From contig CAWAUV010000008.1 in the NCBI GenBank assembly GCA_963785305.1, positions 928,001-992,000 of the forward strand: 64,000 nucleotides of DNA. The letters are read 5' to 3'. Source of the DNA: an uncultured Planctomycetaceae bacterium (GTDB taxonomy: Bacteria; Planctomycetota; Planctomycetia; Pirellulales; PALSA-1355). Shown here in pieces: positions 54,638 through 64,000 of this stretch (position 1 is its first letter; every line of letters starts with the position of its first letter). The notes under the pieces were generated by a model. The model made no database searches, had not been told where the DNA came from, and was given only the letters and a program-made list of their open reading frames with translations. A program made the position numbers and the translations under genes.

Positions 54638-56587
54638 CTACCCAGGTGTGTCGAGATACGGGTCTTGGCCCATCGAACGCTGCATTTTCTTGCGCTCCCG
54701 CTCGTGATACATCAAAGCGCGGCGATCGCGAAAATGACGCCGCTCGGTGATTTGTTGGGCGCGGGTAAACAGCTTGGCGTAGCCCTCGACTTCGCCGGGC
54801 GTGGCTTCGCCAAACGCCTCGAGCTCGGCCGCTTTTTCGGCGCCCAGGGCCATGAGGAGCTCGTCGTCGAGCGAAAGATATTGCCGATAGCTGCCCGGAT
54901 CGCCCTGGCGTCCGCAGCGGCCGATCAACTGGCGGTCGATCCGCGCCGAGTCGTGCATTTCGCTCAAGACCACATGCAGGCCGCCGAGCTCCCGCACATC
55001 GTCGCCTAGTTTGATATCGGTTCCGCGGCCGGCCATGTTGGTCGAGACCGTGACCCGGCCCCGGTGGCCGGCCATGCTCACGATGTCGGCTTCGACCGCC
55101 ACATGCCGCGCATTGAGCACCTGATGGTCGATGCCGCGGCTCTTGAGCAATTGCGAAACGAGGTCCGACTTGTCGATCGAGCGCGTGCCGATCAGCACCG
55201 GCCGGCCGGTGGCGTGCATCTGGCAAACTTCGTCGACAAGGGCTTGCCACTTCGTGTCGCTACAACCGAACACGCGTTCGGGCAATCGCTCGCGAATCGC
55301 CGGGCGATTCGTGGGAATCGGCACGACGCGGAGCTGATAGATCTTGCGAAGCTCGGCGGCCGAGCTCGCGCCGGTGCCGGTCATGCCGGCCAAGCTCGGA
55401 TAGAGCTGGAAGTAGTCTTGGATCGTGATTCGCGCGGCCTGGCCGGTTTCGACCGTGACCTCCACGCCCTGCTTGGCTTCGACGGCCTGATGGATGCCGG
55501 CCCGCCATTTGCGACCTTCGGACATGCGGCCGGTAAATTCGTCGACGATCACGATTTCGCCGTCTTTGACGACATATTGCCGGTCGAAGAAGTACTCCCG
55601 CTCGACCTTGATCGCGCGTTCGATGAACTCGTAGATGGTGAACATGCCGGTGTTGTGCATCGAGCCGGGCTGCTCGATCTGCCGCACATGGCGGCGGCCC
55701 TCGGCGGTGAGCTCCACGCTGCGGCGCTTGTGATCGTATTCATAGTGTTCGTCTTCGACGAATTTCTGAGCGGCGTCGGCGGCCCATTTATACATTTCAA
55801 CCATCGCCTGCTGCTCGGCCGAGGGCAAGGCGCTGATAATCAGCGGAGTGCGGGCTTCGTCGATGAGAATACTGTCGGCCTCGTCGACGAGAATGAAATG
55901 CGGCGATCGCTGCACCGGCTGGTCGCCGCTCGAGTCGGCGCCGCCGAGCATGCCGCCGAGAAAGTCGGTTTGACCCTCGCCGATTCTGCGGAGCAGCAGC
56001 CGGTCGCGGAGGAAATCGAAGCCGAACTCCTTGGCCGTGCCATAGGTCACGTCGCACGCATAGTTCTTGCGTCGCACCGGCTGTTGCTGCTGCGACTCGA
56101 CCACGCCCACGCTCACGCCCAAAAGCTCGAAGAGCGGGCGCATCCATTCGGCGTCGCGGCGGGCGAGGTAGTCGTTGACCGTCGCCAAGTGGGCGCCCTT
56201 GCCGGCGAGCGATTCGAGATACAAGGGCAGCGTGGCGGTCAGCGTTTTGCCTTCGCCGGTTTGCATCTCGGCGATCGAGCGATGGGCGAGCGACACCCCG
56301 CCCAAGATTTGCACATCGAAGTGCCGCATATTGAGAGCCCGGCGCCCGGCCTCGCGCACCAGGGCAAACGCCTCGGGCATCAGCTTGAGCAGCGGCTCTT
56401 GGCTCTTGGCCCGATATCGCAACGAAAGGCTTCGCTTACGAAGTTCGTGGGGCAAGAGCGCCTTGAGCTCGGCCTCGAACGCGGCCACTTGCGGCACATA
56501 GCTTTCCCACTGCCGCAAGCGGTGCGTGGTCAGCCGGAGCGAGATCGCGTCCCACTGGGCGGTGAAATGTTCGAGCAGATTTCGCAA
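54638..56587 (-). CDS. Short SecA paralog (SecA2-like)
   Basis: EMQTGEGKT, TVNDYLARRD, VDEADSILIDEARTPL, TNMAGRGTDI, QLIGRCGRQGDPG; 649 aa, ends soon after NBD2. Confidence 0.9.
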   Translation of the reverse strand: MRNLLEHFTAQWDAISLRLTTHRLRQWESYVPQVAAFEAELKALLPHELRKRSLSLRYRAKSQEPLLKLMPEAFALVREAGRRALNMRHFDVQILGGVSLAHRSIAEMQTGEGKTLTATLPLYLESLAGKGAHLATVNDYLARRDAEWMRPLFELLGVSVGVVESQQQQPVRRKNYACDVTYGTAKEFGFDFLRDRLLLRRIGEGQTDFLGGMLGGADSSGDQPVQRSPHFILVDEADSILIDEARTPLIISALPSAEQQAMVEMYKWAADAAQKFVEDEHYEYDHKRRSVELTAEGRRHVRQIEQPGSMHNTGMFTIYEFIERAIKVEREYFFDRQYVVKDGEIVIVDEFTGRMSEGRKWRAGIHQAVEAKQGVEVTVETGQAARITIQDYFQLYPSLAGMTGTGASSAAELRKIYQLRVVPIPTNRPAIRERLPERVFGCSDTKWQALVDEVCQMHATGRPVLIGTRSIDKSDLVSQLLKSRGIDHQVLNARHVAVEADIVSMAGHRGRVTVSTNMAGRGTDIKLGDDVRELGGLHVVLSEMHDSARIDRQLIGRCGRQGDPGSYRQYLSLDDELLMALGAEKAAELEAFGEATPGEVEGYAKLFTRAQQITERRHFRDRRALMYHERERKKMQRSMGQDPYLDTPG

Positions 56588-56706
56588 ACCGTGTCTCGCA
56601 AGGTGGTCCGTGGCGCCGCCGGGGCGGCTCGACTTTCCATCTTACAATATTACCGGCCTTTTTGCGGCGAGCCGATCACGACCGCGATCGTCGGGCAGCC
56701 GACGGA

Positions 56707-57731
56707 TCAATCGGCGGCGATCGGCGCGGTCGGAGCGATCGGCGCGGTCGGAGCGATCGGCGCCGCCGCTGGCGGACTGATCGGACGATTGGCTCGCGTG
56801 AACACGAGCCGGCTGCGCAAAGCGCCGTAAACGCGCAAGGTGTCACTGCCGGTGGCGGCTGGCAAATCCGTGATTTCCGGAACCGCGCTGGCCACCGCCG
56901 AGGGCGAAGGCGCCTGCGCAGACGCCGCGGGGACTGCCGGGCTGGCCGCCGAAGTCGCTCCGGGTTGCTCAACGCTGGCGTCGGTCCCGCTCGCCGCGAC
57001 ATTCGCCAGATCGGCCTGCACCCCGCCACGCCGCCATCGGCCGGAGTGACGGCTTCGCTCGCCGCGTCGGCCGCATTGCCGGGCTCCGTATTTCCAGAAT
57101 CCGTCGCCGCCTCGACAAACGAGGCATGCGTGACGCTGTCCGCCGTGGTCCGCGGAACAAACGCCACGGCCGGCTCGGCCACCTCGGTTGCCGCGACAGT
57201 TGCCGCCGCGGCGCTTGGCACGGCGACGCTCGGCACAAGCCGGCTTCGCGCCGATGAAGCGCGGGCCAAGGTCGGACCGCCGCCCGGGGATGGCGTCGCG
57301 CTCGGCGTCACCGCTTTCGAGTGATCGATCGAGCTTTGCGGATAGCTGAAGCCCGAGCCCGGCGGAGCATAGCGATTCGCCGGCGCGGTCGTGGGCGCGG
57401 CTGGCGTCGGGGAGGAAGGCGCGCCGTAGCTCGCGGGCGGTGGGTTGAAAGTCGCCGGCGGTTGGGCGCCATAGGCCGGGGCGGTCGCCGCGGGCATGCC
57501 GCCATAGGCCGGCGCCGGCGCGACGGTCGTCGCCCCGATCGGCGCGCCCGCGACTGGCGCGCCCGTGATTGGGGCCGCTCCGGGCGTGTAGTATGTGCCC
57601 GCCGCGGGGGCGAATTGTCCGGTTTGCGGCGGAGGCACCGTTGTGCGCAAAAATGGATCCGACGGTCCGCGCGGCGTTTGGCAACCGGCCAAGCACACCG
57701 CGGCGATCATTAACGCGGGCCACCACTTCAT
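56707..57731 (-). CDS. Pro/Ala/Thr-rich lipoprotein; frameshift near 57030
   Basis: MKWWPALMIAAVCLAGC lipobox; low-complexity body. Confidence 0.6.
56717..56763. repeat. 18-bp coding tandem repeat (about 2.6 copies)
   Basis: GCGATCGGCGCGGTCGGA twice plus a partial copy; encodes PTAPIA on the minus strand. Confidence 0.8.
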
Positions 57732-58017
57732 AAGTCGATCTCCTTCGCGCGCGATGGCGGCGCCCCACGAACAAAAGTGCGGCAGCGCTCCGTGAGGGCC
57801 GGTGCGAACGTTCGCGGCGCGATGCTCCAGCCGCGCACGGACGGGGGCAAAGGCAAGCCTCTGCATCTTCGGGCGGCTAAGACTAGCAAGGCCCGGAATC
57901 GCGTCTAGTGCAGTTTCGAAAAAAACCGCCTGCTGGCATCGCTCAAGCGACGCCAGCAGGCGGCAAAGCAGGCGCCGCCCCTCGAGGAAGCGCGGCTGGG
58001 AGATTCGGCAGTCGGAA

Positions 58018-58627
58018 TTAGAGCGCTTTGGCGTAGCGAGCTTCGACCGCCACCCAGTCGATCACATTCCAAAAGGCCGCGATATAGTCGGGCCGGCGAT
58101 TCTGGTACTGCAAGTAATAGGCATGTTCCCACACATCCATGCCCAAGATCGGCGTGTTGCCATGCATCAGAGGGCTGTCTTGATTGGGAGTGCTTTCGAC
58201 GACGAGTTTCTTGTTCTTGTCGACGCTCAGCCAGGCCCAGCCGCTGCCAAAGCGAGTGGCGCCCGCGGCGGCGAAGGCTTCCTTGAATTTATCGAAGCCG
58301 CCCAGCTCGCTCTTGATCGCGGCGGCGAGCTTGCCCACCGGTTCGCCGCCCTGGGCCGGACCGATCGTGACCCAAAACATCGAATGGTTGGCGTGGCCTC
58401 CGCCATTGTTACGCACCGCGGTGCGAATCTTCTCCGGCACGCTATCGATTTTCGACACCAACGATTCGATCGATTGATCGCCCAGGTCCGTGCCTTCGAG
58501 CGCTTTGTTCAGATTGGTCACGTAGGCGTTATGGTGCTTCGTGTGATGGATCTCCATCGTGCGGGCGTCGATATGCGGCTCGAGGCGCATTGTACGGATA
58601 CGGCATCTTCGGAAGTTCATAGGCCAT
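58018..58627 (-). CDS. sodA: Superoxide dismutase, probably Mn type; frameshift near 58587
   Basis: [14 protein letters not shown] then [35 protein letters not shown]. Confidence 0.93.
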
Positions 58628-59011
58628 GAGTGGTCTCCTGAAAGCGGTTTTTTAATTCGGGCCGCCGCGATTGCCGGCAGCCTCGCGCGAAGGGGCAAAA
58701 CGGACTGCGAAACGTTTCGACAAAAAACGGCGCCCGGCGAGTCGGCGGCGGGCCCGGGTCGTGGGGGAGGTCGAGGTCGTGGAGAGGCCACGAGTCGCCA
58801 CATCGAAGCGGTTGCCCGCTACAGGCGCAGCATACTCGATGCTTCGGCGGGTGACAATCAGCAGGCAGCCGTCAATTTCGTGGCTAGATGGCGGAATGCT
58901 AGATGCGCGAGCAGCCGAAATGGCGGGGCAGCCAGCGTGAGCGGCAAGGCATGGAAACAACGAAGACCGCTCGAATCCGCGGAAGCGAGACGCTTCGAGT
59001 CCCGGGCATGT

Positions 59012-60478
59012 TCACTGGGTCTTGTCGATTGCTCTCTCGCTTAGCACTTTGCCGACTTGCATGCCAAGCGAGCGCAGTTTTGCCCTGAGAGTGACGCGGC
59101 TGAGTCCCAGGATTTCGGCGGCGCGAAACTGCTGCCCATCGGCGCGTTCCATGGCGCGGCGAATGATCAAGCGATCGAAGTGCTCGAGCGCCCGACGATA
59201 GAGATCGGTTTCGTCCGACGCCATCCAGGCGTCGAGTTCGAGGGCCAACTGCCGCCAATCCTCGGCGTCCTGCACCGTTTGCTCGCTGTTGTTGGGGGCG
59301 GCGCGGCGGACGCTCGGCGGCAGGAATTCGGGCAGAATCGTCGGACCCGCGGACACGATCAATGATTCGTGAATCGTGCTTTGCAGTTCGCGCACATTTC
59401 CGGGCCAGTCGTATTGCTGCAACAACTCCAAGGCGGCTGGCGAAATGGATCGCGCCGCGGCGCCCATTTGCCGGTTGTAGCGGAAAAGGAAATAGTGCGA
59501 GAGTTCGGAGATATCCTCGCGGCGCTCGCGCAGCGGTGGGAGGCTGATCGTGACTCCGCGCAGCCGATAATAGAGGTCCTTGCGAAATCGGCCGCTTTCG
59601 ATCAGCGCTTCCAGGTCTTGGTTCGTGGCGGCAATCACGCGCACGTCGACGGCAATGGTTTCGCTTCCACCCACTCGCTCGAAGTGGCTCTCTTGCAACA
59701 GCCGCAAAATCTTGGCTTGGGTGTTGGGCGCCATATCGCCGACTTCGTCGAGAAACAGCGTGCCGTGGTGGCACTGCTCGAACTTTCCGATCCGCCGTCG
59801 ATCGGCTCCGGTAAAGGCCCCGCGCTCGTGGCCGAACAGTTCGCTTTCCAGCAGCGCCTCGGGAATGGCCGAGCAATTGATGGCCAGAAACGGCGAGGTG
59901 CTTCGACGGCCATGATGGTACATCGCCCGCGCGACAAGTTCCTTGCCAGTGCCGCTCTCGCCCAAGATGAGCACATTGACATCTTGAGGAGCCACGCGGC
60001 CGATTTGCTTGAAAACCGACTGCATCGCGGGCCCCGATCCAACCAACAGATCGGGCCGATCCTGTGGCCGGTCGCCTTTCTCCAGCAGCGCTGGCACATG
60101 CATCAGCCGGCTGATGCTGAACGCCTGCTCGACCACTTGCTGAAGATGATTCGCGTCCAGCGGCTTGACGAGATAGTCGTAAGCGCCGATCTTCATGGCC
60201 TCGATCGCCGTGTCGGTCGTGCCGTGGCCGGTGATGAAGATCACCAAACTCTTGGGATCGATTTGCCGCAATTCCTGGAAGACATCGAGTCCCGACCGCG
60301 TTCCCAAGCGAATATCGAGCAAAATCACGTCGGGCGAGTGCTCGGCCGCGAGCCGCAGCCCTTCCTCGGCGTTCGTGGCTTCGAGCACCACCACGCGCTC
60401 ATCGGTCAGCACCTGAGTGATGCTGAAGCGGATGTTGGGCTCGTCGTCAATGATTAACAGTTTCACTTGCTGCTGCAC
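59012..60478 (-). CDS. NtrC-family sigma54 response regulator (REC-AAA+-HTH)
   Basis: IIDDE, LLDIRL, GESGTGKE, GAFTGA, WPGNVREL, AAEILGLSRVTL. Confidence 0.95.
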   Translation of the reverse strand: MQQQVKLLIIDDEPNIRFSITQVLTDERVVVLEATNAEEGLRLAAEHSPDVILLDIRLGTRSGLDVFQELRQIDPKSLVIFITGHGTTDTAIEAMKIGAYDYLVKPLDANHLQQVVEQAFSISRLMHVPALLEKGDRPQDRPDLLVGSGPAMQSVFKQIGRVAPQDVNVLILGESGTGKELVARAMYHHGRRSTSPFLAINCSAIPEALLESELFGHERGAFTGADRRRIGKFEQCHHGTLFLDEVGDMAPNTQAKILRLLQESHFERVGGSETIAVDVRVIAATNQDLEALIESGRFRKDLYYRLRGVTISLPPLRERREDISELSHYFLFRYNRQMGAAARSISPAALELLQQYDWPGNVRELQSTIHESLIVSAGPTILPEFLPPSVRRAAPNNSEQTVQDAEDWRQLALELDAWMASDETDLYRRALEHFDRLIIRRAMERADGQQFRAAEILGLSRVTLRAKLRSLGMQVGKVLSERAIDKTQ

Positions 60479-62070
60479 GGGATTTCTCCATGAGCCGATC
60501 GCCGCCCGATGAATCGTCGGCCGCGATGCCCGCGAGCTCGGCCACGTCGCATGCGTCGGCCAAGGGTATTTCGACCACGAACATCGCGCCGCAGGGCGGC
60601 GGATTGCACGCGGTCAGGCGACCCGCGTGTTCTTGCATGATTTGTCGGCTGATGGCCAGCCCCAGGCCGATGCCGCGTTCCTTGCCAGTGACGAATGGCT
60701 GAAACAGACGCTCCATGACGTCGGCCCGAATGCCGCTGCCCGTGTCGCGAAAAACGATCCGCAGGGGGCCGCTCGTCGCTCGGGAGCCCAGGACATCGAG
60801 CGCCGCGGCGGGCGCTTCGATGGCCACGCTCAACGAGCCGCCGGCCGGCGTGGCCTCGATGGCGTTCAGCAGTAGATTGATGAATACCTGTTGCAATTGC
60901 TCCGGATCGGCGTCGACGACCATCGGCATGGTCCCCAGTCGTTCATCAATGACGATCCCGCCCTGCTGTGCCCGCGCCTCGGCCAGATTGAGCGAACGTC
61001 GCAAGGTGTCGCGCACATCATGCCGCAGGCGGCGCAGCTTGGGCGGCCGCGCGAAGTCGAGCAACTCTTCCATGATCGTTTCGATGCGGGCAATCTCCTG
61101 CCGAGCGATTTGCAGCCGCTGCTGATCCTTCGAGTTCGACGATTGACTGCGCTCGACGGTTTGAATCAACAGCTTGACCGAGGTCAGGGGATTGCGCACC
61201 TCGTGGGCCACGCCCGCCGCCAGTTCGCCGATGGCGGCCAGTCGTTCGGACTGCATCGCCTCGAGCCGAGCCCGATGCAATTCATCGATTACCTGTTTGA
61301 TGCGTCCCGATACGTACTGCACTTGCTGTTGCAGGGCGGGAAGCCCGCGGGGCTCCTCCGCCGAATTGACTTCCACCAGACCGATATCCTGCCCCAGGTC
61401 GCCGCTCGCGTCGCGCAGTGTCACGCTGATTTGAGAGATCGAATAGCTGAGGCCGCGGGCCACCTTCAATCCCAGCAAAATGCCGATCGCGGGACCGACG
61501 ATGATGAAAGCGACTCGCACCATGTCGACCTTGACTCGCATGAGGTCCCGGCGGCTGAAGGATTCATTGGTCAGCCGCCGCGCCAGGTCGGATATCTCCC
61601 CGCAAGGCTTCGCGATGCTCCTGGCCATATGCATTGCCTGCAGGACCGAGCCCGCGGAGTTCTCCCGAGAGGGGTGGCGCGCGAACGAGTTGCTCGTCGA
61701 CGGCGGTCCGGTATTCCTTGAAATTCTCGCCGATGGTTGCCACGAGCGCTCGCTCCTCGGCGGTCGAGGCATTCTCGGAGGCGCTGGCCAGCGCGGCAAT
61801 GAAACCATCTTCTAGCTCTCGCGCCTCGAGCCGGAATTTTCCGAGCGACTTATCGTCGTTGCCGCGATGTTCTTCCGCCGCGAACAGGACTGCCTGCAAC
61901 CGCCAGAGATTTTCCTGCATTTCGCCGCCGGACTGAATCATCTTGCGATTCTGGTTCAACAGCAGTGTTTGGCTATCGTCGACTTGATTAAGCACATGCG
62001 CGGTGCCGTAAGTGACCATCGCCCAAATCACGCTCACCAGCGCCGTGGGAGCGACCACCTTTTTCCACAT
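60447..62070 (-). CDS. Membrane sensor histidine kinase; frameshift(s) near 61620-61690
   Basis: Two TM helices, VAHEVRNPL H-box, NLLLNA, DTGSG, GLGL. Confidence 0.88.
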
Positions 62071-62337
62071 CGCGGAACCCGACGCATGGGGCGATGCGGA
62101 CTTCCACCGGCGAAGGCGGCCAAGGATCGCCTTCGCATCGCGAGCTTCGCCGTCTCTTGGCATCATGAAATTTTCCCCAATCGAGATGGCTGTCGACGGC
62201 AGCAAGTGACGCTGTCGGCGGCGAGACCAGGGGCGCCTCCGGGCACGACGAACGAGGTCCAGGGGCCACACCAACTTACACGCGGCCAAACGGAACGGTC
62301 AAACAGCCGGACTTTCCGAGAGGATTCCGTATAGAAT

Positions 62338-62354
62338 AGCAAGCCTTGCGCCAG
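62338..62354 (-). promoter_or_regulatory. Sigma54 promoter for the kinase-regulator operon
   Basis: CTGGCGCAAGGCTTGCT (GG-N10-GC). Confidence 0.7.
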
Positions 62355-62629
62355 ATCAGGTCGTTTTCGGGCAGCGCAAAAGGCGGAATGCTAAGCGCCA
62401 TTCGATAATTTGGCCTCATGGGCCGGGGGAAAACGCGGTCGACAAGCCCCGCCCTCGAGACAATCCTAGCGATTGCTTCCCCCTGAAAGAAGGCATTCTC
62501 GCGTGGCGGGTTGCTTTCTTGCGGACTGCCGCATGGGCTGACACCGAGCGGCTTTCAAACTGCCAGGTGCAAAGAGCGCCACTGACCCAGGCCACGAAAA
62601 TTTCTTTTTTTGCAACAAAGAACCGGTTC

Positions 62630-62716
62630 GGACATTATGACTCCGTTATCGACGGACGCATTTGACGCGCGTCGTCGAGGACATAATCTTTCCTTTGCGA
62701 GCGAAACTTAGTTTCC
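62630..62716. promoter_or_regulatory. Phased 15-bp boxes, putative bEBP enhancer sites
   Basis: GGACATTATGACTCC (62630), GGACGCATTTGACGC (62654), GGACATAATCTTTCC (62679), CGAAACTTAGTTTCC (62702). Confidence 0.45.
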
Positions 62717-62855
62717 CTCGCAAGGGAGCGAGACGACACAAGGCGTGGCGGCGGCTGGATTACAAAAATGTCATAAGCTCACATCTCCTTCCTGGGAAGA
62801 TGTTTGCGGTGTTCGATGTCACGGAGGATGTCCGTCTATGCCGGCGGTCCCAGGT

Positions 62856-62872
62856 CCGGTATATCATCTGCT
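62856..62872 (+). promoter_or_regulatory. Possible sigma54 promoter for the RND efflux genes
   Basis: CCGGTATATCATCTGCT (GG-N10-GC, less consensus-like). Confidence 0.45.
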
Positions 62873-63003
62873 TTGTGAATTGACTCGAAGTAGGACGGTT
62901 CCTTCGACATGTGGCAACCCGCGACAAAAAGTCGCTTGGCAACCGCGTTGTGTCGAGGACAGCCAAACCTGAATCGAACCTGGATCATGGTTAATCGACA
63001 TTT

Positions 63004-64000
63004 ATGGGAAAATTTATGAATTTCGTTGCGTATGCGGTGCGGCGCCCGATGGCGGCCCTGATGCGTCCAATCTTCTTCGCCATCCGGCGACCCATTGCGA
63101 TGCTGATGCTGGTCGTCGTGCTCATGGGTGGGGGCGCGCTGGCATTCAAAATGCGTCCCGAAGTTTTCGCTTCGTTGAATAGCTCGACGACGTCCAACGA
63201 TTTTCTCGGCTACATTCGCGAGAAGGCCGAGCAAGTCAAAGGCTTGGTGGTTGGTCACAAGGAGGAGCAGCACCACGAGGCCCATAAGATTCTGGCCACG
63301 AACCCCGAGTCGAAGGATGTTACGCTCACGCAGTACTATGTCTGCCAGATCCACTCGCAGCGTCACATCAAGGTCTGCGCCTGGAGAAGGGATATCTCGA
63401 GGCGATCACGATCAAAGAGGGTCAGCAGGTGAAGGAGGGGGACTTGATGTTCAAGGTCATTCCTATTCTTTACCAGAAAAAGGCCGAGGCCGAGTTGGCC
63501 GAGGCCAAGCTCGCGGAGTTGGAATTCAATTACACCAAGAAGTTGTTCGACGATAAAGTCGTGTCGCAGAATGAGGTGTTACTGCTCCAGGCCAAGCTGG
63601 CAAAGGCCCAGGCCAAAGCGCAGTTGGCGTCGGCCGAACTGGGCTTCGCCGCCGTCAAGGCGCCTTTCGACGGCATTGTCGACCACCAGCTCCACCAACA
63701 GGGCAGCTTGGTCCAGGAGGGCGAGGTTCTCACGACTTTGTCCGACAACAGCGTGATGTGGGTTTATTTCAACGTTCCCGAAGCGCGTTACCTCGAATAC
63801 ATGGCCGACCTGAGCGCGGACAAGGACAATCTGAAGATCGAGCTCGTGCTGGCGAACGGCAACACGTTCCCGCAGTCCGGCAAGATCGGAGCCATCGAGG
63901 CTGATTTCAACAACCAAACCGGGAACATCCCTTTCCGAGCGGATTTTTCGAACCCGGACCGCCTGCTGCGCAACGGTCAGACCGGCAACGTGTTGATCCG
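63004..64000 (+). CDS. RND efflux periplasmic adaptor (MFP); frameshift near 63380; runs off the window
   Basis: KEGQQVKEGDLMF, helical hairpin, VKAPFDGIV, GSLVQEG, WVYFNVPE, ADFNNQTG. Confidence 0.88.

Noticed and set aside
27166..63390. Calling the frameshifted genes pseudogenes
   Set aside because: Motifs are intact on both sides of each shift and core genes are affected, so sequencing error is more likely

Overview
GC-rich bacterial DNA, most likely Planctomycetota. This is inferred from the long PQQ-like beta-propeller proteins, fused SecDF, a short SecA paralog, a formylglycine-generating enzyme (FGE) and several sigma54 systems. About 25-30 genes, including core ones (sodA, livM, malic enzyme), are broken by single-base frameshifts. 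These look like long-read indel errors, so I reconstructed genes across them. Content in order: end of an A2-type cytochrome c oxidase operon with DUF3050 and ExbB/ExbD; an unusual sigma54 module; FGE; GT2 and PAP2-like genes; two beta-propeller proteins and murA; YhaM-like HD protein; yajC-secDF; malic enzyme with a Zymomonas-type pyruvate decarboxylase; a 3,690-bp IS1-family cargo transposon; three tandem TolC-like paralogs; DUF2167; YhcH; livKHMGF; DedA; MMPL; RNase-barstar; SecA paralog; sodA; an NtrC-type two-component system; and the start of an RND adaptor. Best candidates for undescribed biology: (1) the IS1-family element, with exact terminal inverted repeats, an 8-bp target duplication, a VapBC45-like TA pair, an RHH gene, a predicted antisense RNA and a Zn-ribbon/2TM gene pair; (2) the sigma54 module, made of an Asp-to-Asn pseudo-receiver, a membrane J-domain protein, a sensorless bEBP and a degenerate bEBP behind a -24/-12 promoter and a palindrome array; (3) a LivG ATPase with two TM helices inserted inside its nucleotide-binding domain; (4) the malic enzyme-PDC pair.
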